NCBI GenBank assembly: GCA_002383485.1
Contig: DFYY01000032.1
Coordinates: 78,891 to 142,890, forward strand
Origin: Bacteroidales bacterium UBA4070
GTDB taxonomy: Bacteria > Bacteroidota > Bacteroidia > Bacteroidales > VadinHA17
Reading direction: 5' to 3'
Length of the DNA stretch: 64,000 nucleotides
The position numbers and the translations under genes were made by a program. A model generated the notes under the pieces. That model made no database searches, had not been told where the DNA came from, and saw only the letters and a list, made by a program, of their open reading frames with translations. Positions 30,124-39,233 of this stretch are shown in pieces. How positions within the stretch are numbered: position 1 is the first letter of the stretch; each line of letters begins with the position of its first letter.

Positions 30124-30543
30124 TTACTCTGAAATGTTTTCAACTTCCTGTTTCCTGCTACCCAGCACAAGGGTTACATGGTTTGATCTCTTGCGAATGC
30201 GGTATGCCCTTCCCTGGGGGGCAGGCTGGATACGTCGCAGTATGCGGCCGCCGTCTACCTGTACCTCTTTCACGTATAGGTGGCTATCCTCAAGACGTGC
30301 ACCTTCATTCTTGGCCTGCCAGTTGGCAATGGCTGAGAGGAGAAGCTTCTCCAGCCTGCGTGAAGATTCCTGCTTGCTGAACTTGAGGATATCAAGAGCC
30401 TTGTTTATTTCCTGGCCCCTGATAAGATCGGTAACCAGCCTCATCTTGCGCGGGGAGGTCGGGACATTGCGAAGAACGGCCTGAGTCCTCTCTTTTGCGG
30501 CTTCCTTCCTGGCGCCGGCGCTTATTCTTTTTCTTGCACCCAT
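30124..30543 (-). CDS. rplV: 50S ribosomal protein L22
   Basis: [35 protein letters not shown]..., canonical L22 core with an N-terminal extension. Confidence 0.96.
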   Translation of the reverse strand: MGARKRISAGARKEAAKERTQAVLRNVPTSPRKMRLVTDLIRGQEINKALDILKFSKQESSRRLEKLLLSAIANWQAKNEGARLEDSHLYVKEVQVDGGRILRRIQPAPQGRAYRIRKRSNHVTLVLGSRKQEVENISE

Positions 30544-30577
30544 TTCTGATACTTTTTCAGTTTATATGCTACATTAC

Positions 30578-30844
30578 CTATTTCTGTTTCCCGCCGTGAC
30601 CGCGGAAGGTGCGGGTAGGGGCAAACTCACCCAGCTTATGACCAACCATGTTCTCGGTAATGTAAACAGGTATGAATTTGTTTCCGTTATGCACTGCCAG
30701 TGTGTGTCCCACAAAGTCGGGAGAAATAACTGATCTTCTTGACCAGGTCTTGATCACAGTTTTCTTTCCGCTGTCATTCATTGTATCCACCTTTTTGCCC
30801 AGGTGAAGATCGATGAAGGGGCCTTTCTTAATGGATCTGCTCAT
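30578..30844 (-). CDS. rpsS: 30S ribosomal protein S19
   Basis: [15 protein letters not shown]...[35 protein letters not shown]. Confidence 0.97.
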   Translation of the reverse strand: MSRSIKKGPFIDLHLGKKVDTMNDSGKKTVIKTWSRRSVISPDFVGHTLAVHNGNKFIPVYITENMVGHKLGEFAPTRTFRGHGGKQK

Positions 30845-30852
30845 CGTATCAA

Positions 30853-31677
30853 TTATTTTTTCCTTCTTTCAATAATATGCTTGTTCGAATACTTGGTCTT
30901 GCTCCTGGTCTTGAAACCTTTGGCGGGCATACCGCTGCGAGAGCGCGGATGGCCTCCTGAGGCCCTTCCCTCGCCACCACCCATGGGATGGTCAACCGGG
31001 TTCATGGCAACACCCCTGGTCCTGGGCCTGCGGCCGAGCCAGCGCTTGCGTCCTGCCTTACCGGATCTCTCCTGGTTGTGGTCAGTGTTCGAAACTGTTC
31101 CGATGGTTGCACGGCATGTGGTAAGAACCATCCTCGTCTCACCCGAAGGGAGCTTGATGGTTGCATACTTGCCGTCACGGGCAGCCAGCTGTGCAAACGT
31201 GCCTGCACTGCGGGCCATGGCTGCACCCCTGCCGGGCTTCAGCTCAATGTTGTGAACGATTGTACCGAGAGGTATGTCCTCAAGAAAGAGGGTGTTGCCG
31301 ATCTCCGGTGACGCCGTCTTCCCTGACATAAGCTCCTGTCCAACCTTCAGGCCGTTCGGGGCAATAATATACCTCTTCTCTCCGTCAGCATAGGTGAGAA
31401 GAGCTATGCGTGCCGTACGGTTCGGATCGTACTCGATCGATGTGACCTTCGCGGCAACGCCGTCCTTGGTCCTCTGAAAATCGATCACACGGTACATCTT
31501 CTTGTGGCCGCCGCCAATGTACCTCATGGTCCGCCTGCCGTTAACGTTCCTTCCTCCTGTCTTCTTAAGCGGCGCGAGCAAGGATTTCTCCGGCGTGTCA
31601 CGGGTAACCTCCTCAAAGGTACTCGCGATCTTATGTCTCTGGCCTGGTGTTACAGGCTTGATCTTTCTGACTGCCAT
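30853..31677 (-). CDS. rplB: 50S ribosomal protein L2
   Basis: [16 protein letters not shown]...[21 protein letters not shown]...HPMGGGEGR. Confidence 0.97.
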   Translation of the reverse strand: MAVRKIKPVTPGQRHKIASTFEEVTRDTPEKSLLAPLKKTGGRNVNGRRTMRYIGGGHKKMYRVIDFQRTKDGVAAKVTSIEYDPNRTARIALLTYADGEKRYIIAPNGLKVGQELMSGKTASPEIGNTLFLEDIPLGTIVHNIELKPGRGAAMARSAGTFAQLAARDGKYATIKLPSGETRMVLTTCRATIGTVSNTDHNQERSGKAGRKRWLGRRPRTRGVAMNPVDHPMGGGEGRASGGHPRSRSGMPAKGFKTRSKTKYSNKHIIERRKK

Positions 31678-31683
31678 ACTATA

Positions 31684-31974
31684 TTAAATGTTGCTGTAAA
31701 AATCAATTGTCTCTCCTTTGGCGAGAGTGACAACAGCTTTCTTGATTGCTGCCGTCCGTCCACTCATCATACCACTCTTGGTATAACGTGTCTTGGTCTT
31801 GCCACCGTAGTTGATGGTGTTCACCGACTCAACGTTCACGCCATAAAGCTCCTCAACTGCCTTCTTGATCTGCAGCTTGTTGGCCTTGCGTGCAACCAGG
31901 AAACCATACCTGTTGAAGGCTTCGCCCTGGCTGGTCATCTTCTCGGTCACTATGGGTCTGATCAATATTTCCAT
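31684..31974 (-). CDS. rplW: 50S ribosomal protein L23
   Basis: LIRPIVTEKMTSQGE...FLVARKANKLQIKKAVEELYGV. Confidence 0.96.
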   Translation of the reverse strand: MEILIRPIVTEKMTSQGEAFNRYGFLVARKANKLQIKKAVEELYGVNVESVNTINYGGKTKTRYTKSGMMSGRTAAIKKAVVTLAKGETIDFYSNI

Positions 31975-31989
31975 ATCTCTGCTCCTGGT

Positions 31990-32613
31990 TTATAAAGTTG
32001 ATTGCAAAACATCAACTGCGCTCTCTGTCAGCACGAGAGTTGAAGCTTTCATAATATTGTAAGTATTTAAATCACTGATAGTTACAACTTCAACTCCTTG
32101 CAAATTTCGAGATGACAAATATATGTTTTTATTTTGTTCCGCTAAAACAATAAGTGAATTTTTCTTACTGAGTTTGAGGTTTGTGCTCATACCGACCATT
32201 TTTGAAGTCTTCGGAACATCCAGTAAGAAGTCCTCAAGGACGATGATTTTGTTTTCCCGTGCCTTGTATGAGAGTGCCGATTTCCTGGCAAGCTGTTTTA
32301 CCTTTTTATTGAGTTTGAATCCGTAGAATCTGGGTCTGGGGCCGAAGATACGGCCGCCGCCACGGAACTCCGGGTTCTTGATGCTTCCAAAACGGGCCGT
32401 TCCGGTACCCTTCTGTCTTTTGAGCTTGCGTGTGCTGCCCATGACCTCGTTGCGTTCCTTGGCTTTGTGAGTACCCTGTCTCTTGCTGGCCAGATACTGT
32501 TTGGTATCGAGGTAAATAGCATGGTCATTGGGTTCAATGCCGAAGATGGTCTCATCGAGGTTGACCTTCTTGCCGGTCTCTTTGCCTTCTATGTTAACTA
32601 CTGCTAATTCCAT
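31990..32613 (-). CDS. rplD: 50S ribosomal protein L4
   Basis: [50 protein letters not shown]. Confidence 0.97.
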   Translation of the reverse strand: MELAVVNIEGKETGKKVNLDETIFGIEPNDHAIYLDTKQYLASKRQGTHKAKERNEVMGSTRKLKRQKGTGTARFGSIKNPEFRGGGRIFGPRPRFYGFKLNKKVKQLARKSALSYKARENKIIVLEDFLLDVPKTSKMVGMSTNLKLSKKNSLIVLAEQNKNIYLSSRNLQGVEVVTISDLNTYNIMKASTLVLTESAVDVLQSTL

Positions 32614-33230
32614 TACTTTGTTATTATTACGTAACCACCTTTGGGGCCGGGAACGGCACCCTTGACAAGAAGCAGGTTTGATTCGGGGAAGATCTTAACC
32701 ACCCTGAGTTCTGTCTCCTGCTGTTTTCCGCCTGTCTGACCTGCCATGCGCATGCCGGGCATAACCCTTGAAGGCCATGACGAAGCACCCACTGAACCCG
32801 GGGCCCTGAGCCTGTTATGCTGACCGTGGGTCGTACCGCCTACACCGCCGAAGCCGTGACGCTTGATAACACCCTGAAAACCCTTGCCCTTTGTCCAGCC
32901 TCTTACATCAAGAAAAGAATCATCATTGAAGAGATCGACTGTGATGACGTCTCCCCTCTTGTACTTACCATCTTCAAATCCCGAGAACTCGGCTATCTTC
33001 CTCTTGGGACCGGTTCCTGCCTGCTTGAAATGTCCTATCTCAGCCTTATTGCTTGCCTTTTCCTTCTTATCGTCGAAACTGAGCTGCAAAGCGGCATAAC
33101 CGTCTTTCTCCACAGTCTTTACCTGAGACACGACACACGGGCCCACCTCCAGGACTGTGCATGGAATGTTCTTTCCCTCCTCATTGAATACGGAGGTCAT
33201 TCCAACCTTTTTTCCTATTAATCCCTGCAT
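32613..33230 (-). CDS. rplC: 50S ribosomal protein L3
   Basis: [32 protein letters not shown]...[12 protein letters not shown]. Confidence 0.97.
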   Translation of the reverse strand: MQGLIGKKVGMTSVFNEEGKNIPCTVLEVGPCVVSQVKTVEKDGYAALQLSFDDKKEKASNKAEIGHFKQAGTGPKRKIAEFSGFEDGKYKRGDVITVDLFNDDSFLDVRGWTKGKGFQGVIKRHGFGGVGGTTHGQHNRLRAPGSVGASSWPSRVMPGMRMAGQTGGKQQETELRVVKIFPESNLLLVKGAVPGPKGGYVIITK

Positions 33231-33251
33231 AATTCAGTAATTTTTCCGGTT

Positions 33252-33557
33252 TCACACTTTAATTTCCACTTCAACTCCGCTGGGCAGCTCAAGCTTCATC
33301 AGAGCATCGATGGTTTTTGGTGTTGAGCTGTATATGTCAAGCAGGCGCTTGTACGATGACAGTTCGAACTGCTCTCTTGATTTCTTGTTCACAAACGGTG
33401 AACGGAGCACCGTGTAGATCTTCTTGTGGGTGGGCAACGGTATGGGACCGCTGACAACTGCACCCGTCGATTTGACTGTCTTGACAATCTTCTCAGCCGA
33501 CTTGTCGACCAGATTATGATCGTAAGACTTCAGTTTGATGCGGATTTTCTGACTCAT
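33252..33557 (-). CDS. rpsJ: 30S ribosomal protein S10
   Basis: [40 protein letters not shown]. Confidence 0.97.
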   Translation of the reverse strand: MSQKIRIKLKSYDHNLVDKSAEKIVKTVKSTGAVVSGPIPLPTHKKIYTVLRSPFVNKKSREQFELSSYKRLLDIYSSTPKTIDALMKLELPSGVEVEIKV

Positions 33558-33562
33558 CTTTT

Positions 33563-35665
33563 TTAAAGAATTTTTCCTGTTGTTACTTCAATAATTTTCT
33601 TCGCTAATTCTGCAGGCACCTCGTCAAAATGTGAGAACTCCATCGTTGATGTAGCCCTCCCGGAGGTAAGGGTACGCAGTACGGTAACGTAGCCGAAGTT
33701 TTCTGCCAGAGGTACTTTTGCTTTAATTACCCTTGCACCTGCTTTCGATTCCATACCTTCCACCTTGCCCCTGCGCTTGTTGAAGTCGCCCACGACATCA
33801 CCCACGTATTCTTCGGGGGTAACGACCTCGGCGTTCATCACCGGTTCGAGCAGCACCGGGCGGCACTTTGACGCTGCATGGCGGAAGGCCTGCTTGGCAG
33901 CTATCTCGAACGAGAGCGAATCGGAGTCAACGGGATGGTACGAACCGTCTTTGAGGATAACCTTGAGGCTGTCAAGCGGGAAGCCGGCCAGCGGGCCGTT
34001 CATCATTGCCTCACGGAATCCCTTTTCCACTGAAGGGATATATTCCTTGGGCACATTGCCTCCCCTGATCTCATTCACGAAGGTCAGTCCGGGAACACCG
34101 TCATCGGCAGGCATGATTTCCACGGTGATATCCGCGAATTTGCCCCTGCCGCCTGTCTGTTTCCTGAAGAGCTCCCTGTGTGTGTAGGACGTTGTGACGG
34201 CCTCCTTGTATGCCACCTGGGGTCTTCCCTGGTTGCATTCAACATTGAACTCTCTCTTAAGACGGTCAATAAGAATTTCAAGATGCAGCTCACCCATGCC
34301 GCTGATGACTGTCTGTCCGCTGTCAGGATCGGTCTTCACCCTGAAGGTGGGATCCTCCTCGGCAAGCTTGCCGAGTGCGTTGCCCAGACGGTCAACGTCA
34401 GCCTGTGTCTTCGGTTCGATGGCGATCCAGATAACCGGTTCCGGGAACTCCATTGATTCGAGCACGATAGGCTTGTTGATGGCACAGAGAGTGTCTCCTG
34501 TCTTAAGGTCTTTGAACCCTACGCCTGCACAGATGTCACCTGCACTGACGCTGTCAACCGGGTTCTGCTTGTTTGCATGCATCTGGAAGAGGCGGTTGAT
34601 CCTCTCCCGCTTGCCGCTCCTAGTATTGAGAACCGTGTCTCCGGCATTGAGAGTGCCTGAATAGACCCTCATGAAGACCAGTCTTCCCATATAGGGATCA
34701 GTAGCAATTTTAAAAGCCAGGGCAGCGAAAGGCTCACCATTATCAGGATCACGTGTTATCTCCTTCTCGTCGCGGGGATCAGTGCCCTTTACGGACCCTA
34801 CATCCACCGGCGAGGGAAGATATGCAATCACCCCGTTGATGAGGCGCTGCACGCCCTTGTTCTTAAATGCTGCACCGCAGAAGACCGGGACTATCACGCC
34901 CTCTACAGTCTCACGGCGAAGCACTGTCATGAGCTCATCAGAGGTGATGCTCTCATGGTCGTCAAGGTAACGCTCCAGGATGGAGTCATCCATCTCGGCG
35001 CAAGCCTCAACAAGTTTCATCCTCCACTCGTCAGCCTCTTCCTGCATAAAATCCGGAATAGGATTAACGGTAAAGTTCTGCAGAGGATCGGCGCCGTCCT
35101 CGAAGATTATGGCCTTCATCTCAATGAGGTCAATAAGCCCTTCAAAGTTGTCCTCTGAACCGATGGGTATCTGCACGGGCACCGGGTGGGCACCGAGTTT
35201 GTCAATCATCTGCTGCACCACTCCATGGAAGTCGGCACCCTTACGGTCCATCTTGTTGACAAACGCTATTCGCGGTACTTTGTACTTATCGGCCTGGCGC
35301 CATACGGTTTCGCTCTGCGGCTCAACCCCGCCCACGGCACAGAAGACCGCCACGGCGCCGTCAAGTACGCGCAGTGACCTCTCCACCTCTACGGTGAAGT
35401 CGACGTGTCCCGGGGTATCGATAAGGTTGATCTTGTAGAGCTGGTCCCTGTATTTCCAGAAGGTAGTTGTGGCAGCCGATGTGATTGTGATCCCTCTCTC
35501 CTGCTCCTGCACCATCCAGTCCATAGTGGCATTCCCCGAATCGACTTCGCCGATGCGGTGCACACGGCCCGTGTAATAGAGGATGCGCTCGGAAGTTGTA
35601 GTCTTCCCGGCATCAATATGGGCCATAATGCCAATATTCCTGGTATATCTGAGATCGTTGTTCAT
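33563..35665 (-). CDS. fusA: Translation elongation factor G (canonical)
   Basis: All G motifs are intact: [29 protein letters not shown]. 700 aa, in the str-operon position between rpsG and rpsJ. Confidence 0.97.
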   Translation of the reverse strand: MNNDLRYTRNIGIMAHIDAGKTTTSERILYYTGRVHRIGEVDSGNATMDWMVQEQERGITITSAATTTFWKYRDQLYKINLIDTPGHVDFTVEVERSLRVLDGAVAVFCAVGGVEPQSETVWRQADKYKVPRIAFVNKMDRKGADFHGVVQQMIDKLGAHPVPVQIPIGSEDNFEGLIDLIEMKAIIFEDGADPLQNFTVNPIPDFMQEEADEWRMKLVEACAEMDDSILERYLDDHESITSDELMTVLRRETVEGVIVPVFCGAAFKNKGVQRLINGVIAYLPSPVDVGSVKGTDPRDEKEITRDPDNGEPFAALAFKIATDPYMGRLVFMRVYSGTLNAGDTVLNTRSGKRERINRLFQMHANKQNPVDSVSAGDICAGVGFKDLKTGDTLCAINKPIVLESMEFPEPVIWIAIEPKTQADVDRLGNALGKLAEEDPTFRVKTDPDSGQTVISGMGELHLEILIDRLKREFNVECNQGRPQVAYKEAVTTSYTHRELFRKQTGGRGKFADITVEIMPADDGVPGLTFVNEIRGGNVPKEYIPSVEKGFREAMMNGPLAGFPLDSLKVILKDGSYHPVDSDSLSFEIAAKQAFRHAASKCRPVLLEPVMNAEVVTPEEYVGDVVGDFNKRRGKVEGMESKAGARVIKAKVPLAENFGYVTVLRTLTSGRATSTMEFSHFDEVPAELAKKIIEVTTGKIL

Positions 35666-35698
35666 CTTTGGCTGCTGGTTATCTGCGAGTCAGTCAGA

Positions 35699-36175
35699 TC
35701 AGAACCGGAAATGTGCGAAGGCCTTGTTTGCCTCGGCCATGCGGTGGGTATCCTCCTTCTTCTTGTATGCTCCGCCTTCATTGTTGTAGGCGGCCATCAC
35801 CTCGGCGGCAAGCTTGTCAGCCATACTGCGGCCGGTACGCTTGCGTGCGTAGAGAATAAGGTTCTTCATGCTTATGCTCACTTTGCGGTCAGGGCGTATC
35901 TCAAGGGGTACCTGGAATGTGGCACCACCGACCCTGCGGCTTTTCACCTCAACATGCGGAGTGATGTTATCAAGAGCCTGTTTCCATATCTCAAGCGGAC
36001 TCTTCTCCGCATTCTTCATCTTGTCAGCCACTATGTCAAGTGAATCGTAGAAAATCCTGAAGGCAACGGTCTTCTTACCATCGTACATCAGGTTATTGAT
36101 GAAACGGGTAACGTACGGATCGTTGAATTTCGGGTCCGGTAGGAGGATCCTCTTCTTTGGTTTTGACTTTCTCAT
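35699..36175 (-). CDS. rpsG: 30S ribosomal protein S7
   Basis: [32 protein letters not shown]...[15 protein letters not shown]. Confidence 0.97.
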   Translation of the reverse strand: MRKSKPKKRILLPDPKFNDPYVTRFINNLMYDGKKTVAFRIFYDSLDIVADKMKNAEKSPLEIWKQALDNITPHVEVKSRRVGGATFQVPLEIRPDRKVSISMKNLILYARKRTGRSMADKLAAEVMAAYNNEGGAYKKKEDTHRMAEANKAFAHFRF

Positions 36176-36194
36176 ATTGTGAATCCTTTAACTG

Positions 36195-36569
36195 TTACTT
36201 CTTTGGTCTTTTTGCTCCGTATTTTGACCTTCTCTGCTTGCGGCCATCAACACCGGATGTATCGAGTGCGCCACGGACAAGATGGTAACGGACGCCCGGC
36301 AGGTCCTTAACCCTGCCGCCCCTGATAAGCACTATCGAGTGCTCCTGCAGGTTGTGTCCTTCACCCGGGATGTAGGCGTTGACCTCCTTCTGGTTGGTCA
36401 GCCTTACCCTGGCTACTTTTCTCATGGCTGAGTTAGGTTTCTTTGGCGTGGTAGTATATACGCGAACACATACTCCCCTGCGCTGCGGGCATGAGTCAAG
36501 AGCAGGTGCCTTACTCTTGTCTACCAGCTTCTTGCGGCCTTTTCTAACTAACTGCTGAATTGTTGGCAT
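36195..36569 (-). CDS. rpsL: 30S ribosomal protein S12
   Basis: [14 protein letters not shown]...[31 protein letters not shown]. It is the first gene of the superoperon. Confidence 0.97.
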   Translation of the reverse strand: MPTIQQLVRKGRKKLVDKSKAPALDSCPQRRGVCVRVYTTTPKKPNSAMRKVARVRLTNQKEVNAYIPGEGHNLQEHSIVLIRGGRVKDLPGVRYHLVRGALDTSGVDGRKQRRSKYGAKRPKK

Positions 36570-36915
36570 AATTCTCTTTTAATTAATTTTCCTTTTTTAT
36601 TCTCTTATGCAAAAAATCTGTCTCTCACTTTCCTCCGCGCAAAAGGCGCGAAGGGGCTCACATTATCCGTTGCACATTCCGGCCGTCATAACAGCGACAG
36701 GCCGCCTCCGCGCCCCGGATCAAAGTCTTCTGAAAATGTAACTTATGGTTTGTAAGTTATTCCAGGATTTTCTTCCCGACCTCTCCTTCCGACATCTTTT
36801 GTAAACTTACACACTGACGGATTGACCGGTACTCCTGTTTTCAAAAAACCGCCGCAAAGAAAGTAAATATTTTTCAAACAGCCATCACTTTATATGCGAT
36901 CTTTTGAAAATTTGT

Positions 36916-36923
36916 TATTTTTG
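36916..36923 (+). promoter_or_regulatory. Candidate -7 promoter element (TATTTTTG) for the EF-G paralogue
   Basis: Exact TAnnTTTG match 52 nt upstream of the ATG at 36975. The only nearby TTTG (36903..36906) is too close to act as a canonical -33 element. Confidence 0.3.
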
Positions 36924-36974
36924 CGCTCCCAGAAAGGACGAAATACATTATATATATAATAACAACAGCCGAAG

Positions 36975-39131
36975 ATGAAGACATACTCAACAGACCACCT
37001 AAGGAACATTGTTCTGCTGGGAAACTCGGGCTCAGGCAAGACAACTCTCGCGGAAGCAATGCTTTTCAACGGCGGGGTCATTGAGAGACGGGGTACAGTA
37101 GAAGCAAAAAACACCGTCTCAGACTACAAACCGATTGAGCAGGAGAACCGTAACTCCATCTATTCAACAGTGCTTTACGCTGAGTTCAGGGACAAGAAGA
37201 TAAACATCCTCGATACCCCTGGCCTTGACGATTTTTCCGGAGGGGTAATATCATCAATGTATGCCGCTGACACAGCTATGCTGTTGATCAACGTGCAGAA
37301 CGGCGTTGAGGTGGGTACCGAGATTCACTTCAGGCATGCCGGGAAGTTCCACAAGCCTCTCATAATTGCAGTCAACGGTCTTGACCATGAGAAAGCCAAC
37401 TTCGAGAAGACGGTTGAGATGCTGCACGAGCGTTTTGGCTCCAATGTCACACTGGCTCAGTTCCCCGTGAACGAAGGGCTCGGATTCAACACCGTCATTG
37501 ACGTCATCAGCATGAAGATGCTCCGTTATGGCAAGGATGGCGGCAAGGCTGAAGTACTTGATATCCCGGCTGAACACCAGGCAAAAGCTGAAGAACTGCA
37601 CGCTGCCCTCACCGAGAAGGTGGCCGAAAGCGACGAATCGCTTATGGAGCTCTTCTTTGCCAATGACAAGCTTACAGAAGAAGAGATTGGCCGCGGACTG
37701 CGCCAGGGACTCCTCAAGAGGGGTATCTTCCCGGTATTCTGCGTATCATCAAAAGGTAACATCGGGATTGACAGGCTGCTCGATTTCGTGGCTGTCTCCG
37801 CTCCTTCACCTGCCGACATGCCTGCAGTGAAGAACTCAAAGGGCACGGAAGTGAAATGCAATCCTGCCGGTCCTGCATCGGTATTCGTCTTCAAGACAAC
37901 CCTCGAGGAGCACATCGGCGAGATCAATTACTTCAGGGTTATGTCAGGCAAGATCACCGAGAACTTTGACGTTGTCAATACAAGCAACGGCACCAAGGAG
38001 AGGCTGTCACAGATCTTCGTATGCGCCGGCAAGAACCGTACGCGCATCCCCGAGATCCAGGCAGGTGACATCGGTGGCTTCGTCAAACTGAAGAACACAA
38101 AGACAAACCATACACTCAATGCACCGGGCAACGACTGGACATACCAGGAAATGATGTTCCCCGCCCCGAAATACCGTGCAGCCATCAAGCCTCTCAGCGA
38201 GAGCGACGAGGAGAAGATGGGCGAGGCACTCAACAGGATGCACCAGGAGGACCCGACAATCATCGTGGAGTACTCCAAGGAGCTGAAGCAGATCATAATC
38301 CACGGACAGGGCGAATACCACCTCAACATTCTGAAGTGGCATCTTGACAACATTTATAAGATAGAGACGCAGTTCCTTACGCCCAAGATCCCCTACCGTG
38401 AGACAATCACAAAGTCAGCGCAGGCCGACTACCGTCACAAGAAGCAGTCGGGCGGCGCCGGTCAGTTTGGTGAGGTTCATATGATCATCGAGCCGTTTGA
38501 GGAGGGTTCCGAGGCCAAGACCATGATGAAGATTGCCGGCAGGGAGATCAAGCTCTCCAACCGTGACATGGAGGAGATTGAGCTTCCGTGGGGTGGCAAG
38601 CTGGTTTATGTGAACTGTATCGTTGGAGGTTCCATTGATGCGCGTTTCATGCCGGCCATCCTGAAGGGAATCATGGAAAAGATGGAGGTTGGTCCTCTCA
38701 CCGGTTCCTATGCCCGTGACATCAGGGTTTATGTCTATGACGGCAAGATGCACCCGGTTGACTCAAACGAAATCTCATTCCGTCTGGCAGGCCGCAATGC
38801 TTTCAGCACCGCATTCAAGAACGCCGGTCCGAAGATTCTCGAGCCCGTTTACGATGTTGAGATATGGGTCCCGGCTGACCGTATGGGTGATGTGATCAGC
38901 GACCTGCAGGGTCGTCGCGGTATGGTTCTCGGGATGTCGAGTGAGAAGGGTTTCGAGGTCATCAAGGCAAGGGTTCCCCTGGCTGAGATGAACAAGTACT
39001 CGACGGCATTGAGTTCGCTCACCGGCGGCCGTGCCATGTACACAATGAAGTTCTCCGAGTATGCCCAGGTTCCCGGCGAGGTACAGGATGCCGTCATCAA
39101 GGCATACGAATCAGAAGAGGAAGAGGAATAG
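36975..39131 (+). CDS. EF-G paralogue (EF-G2-like) with degenerate GTPase motifs
   Basis: 718 aa with full five-domain EF-G architecture (for example GQGEYHLNILKWHL, SGGAGQFGEVHMIIEP, GSYARDIRVYVYDGKMHPVDSNE). The G motifs read GNSGSGKTT, NRNSIYST, DTPGLDDF and NGLD. Confidence 0.85.
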   Translation: MKTYSTDHLRNIVLLGNSGSGKTTLAEAMLFNGGVIERRGTVEAKNTVSDYKPIEQENRNSIYSTVLYAEFRDKKINILDTPGLDDFSGGVISSMYAADTAMLLINVQNGVEVGTEIHFRHAGKFHKPLIIAVNGLDHEKANFEKTVEMLHERFGSNVTLAQFPVNEGLGFNTVIDVISMKMLRYGKDGGKAEVLDIPAEHQAKAEELHAALTEKVAESDESLMELFFANDKLTEEEIGRGLRQGLLKRGIFPVFCVSSKGNIGIDRLLDFVAVSAPSPADMPAVKNSKGTEVKCNPAGPASVFVFKTTLEEHIGEINYFRVMSGKITENFDVVNTSNGTKERLSQIFVCAGKNRTRIPEIQAGDIGGFVKLKNTKTNHTLNAPGNDWTYQEMMFPAPKYRAAIKPLSESDEEKMGEALNRMHQEDPTIIVEYSKELKQIIIHGQGEYHLNILKWHLDNIYKIETQFLTPKIPYRETITKSAQADYRHKKQSGGAGQFGEVHMIIEPFEEGSEAKTMMKIAGREIKLSNRDMEEIELPWGGKLVYVNCIVGGSIDARFMPAILKGIMEKMEVGPLTGSYARDIRVYVYDGKMHPVDSNEISFRLAGRNAFSTAFKNAGPKILEPVYDVEIWVPADRMGDVISDLQGRRGMVLGMSSEKGFEVIKARVPLAEMNKYSTALSSLTGGRAMYTMKFSEYAQVPGEVQDAVIKAYESEEEEE

Positions 39132-39159
39132 GAGTAAGGCGAACGATAATATTATAGCA

Positions 39160-39188
39160 CAGAGGCTGCCTGACAAGGGCAGCCTCTG
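39160..39188. terminator. Bidirectional-position hairpin between convergent genes
   Basis: Perfect 11-bp stem CAGAGGCTGCC-TGACAAG-GGCAGCCTCTG between the stops at 39131 (+) and 39234 (-). Confidence 0.6.
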
Positions 39189-39233
39189 ATTGTATCGTGA
39201 ACATTGCACAAATCCCCGGCGCAGTGAAAAGGT

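Noticed and set aside
18709-36050. Numerous 60-212-aa plus-strand ORFs across the ribosomal superoperon (for example 29894..30484, 35405..36043, 23315..23866)
   Set aside because: All are antisense to unambiguous ribosomal, secY, fusA or rpoA genes. They are shadow frames of highly expressed genes.
33230-36569. Absence of tuf after fusA, and of adk between secY and map
   Set aside because: This is the usual Bacteroidota arrangement (tuf is located elsewhere). It is not a deletion or rearrangement.
36874-37114. 61- and 74-aa minus-strand ORFs at the rpsL / EF-G2 intergenic boundary
   Set aside because: They overlap the 5' end of the EF-G paralogue in antisense. They have no motifs and run through the AT-rich promoter region.
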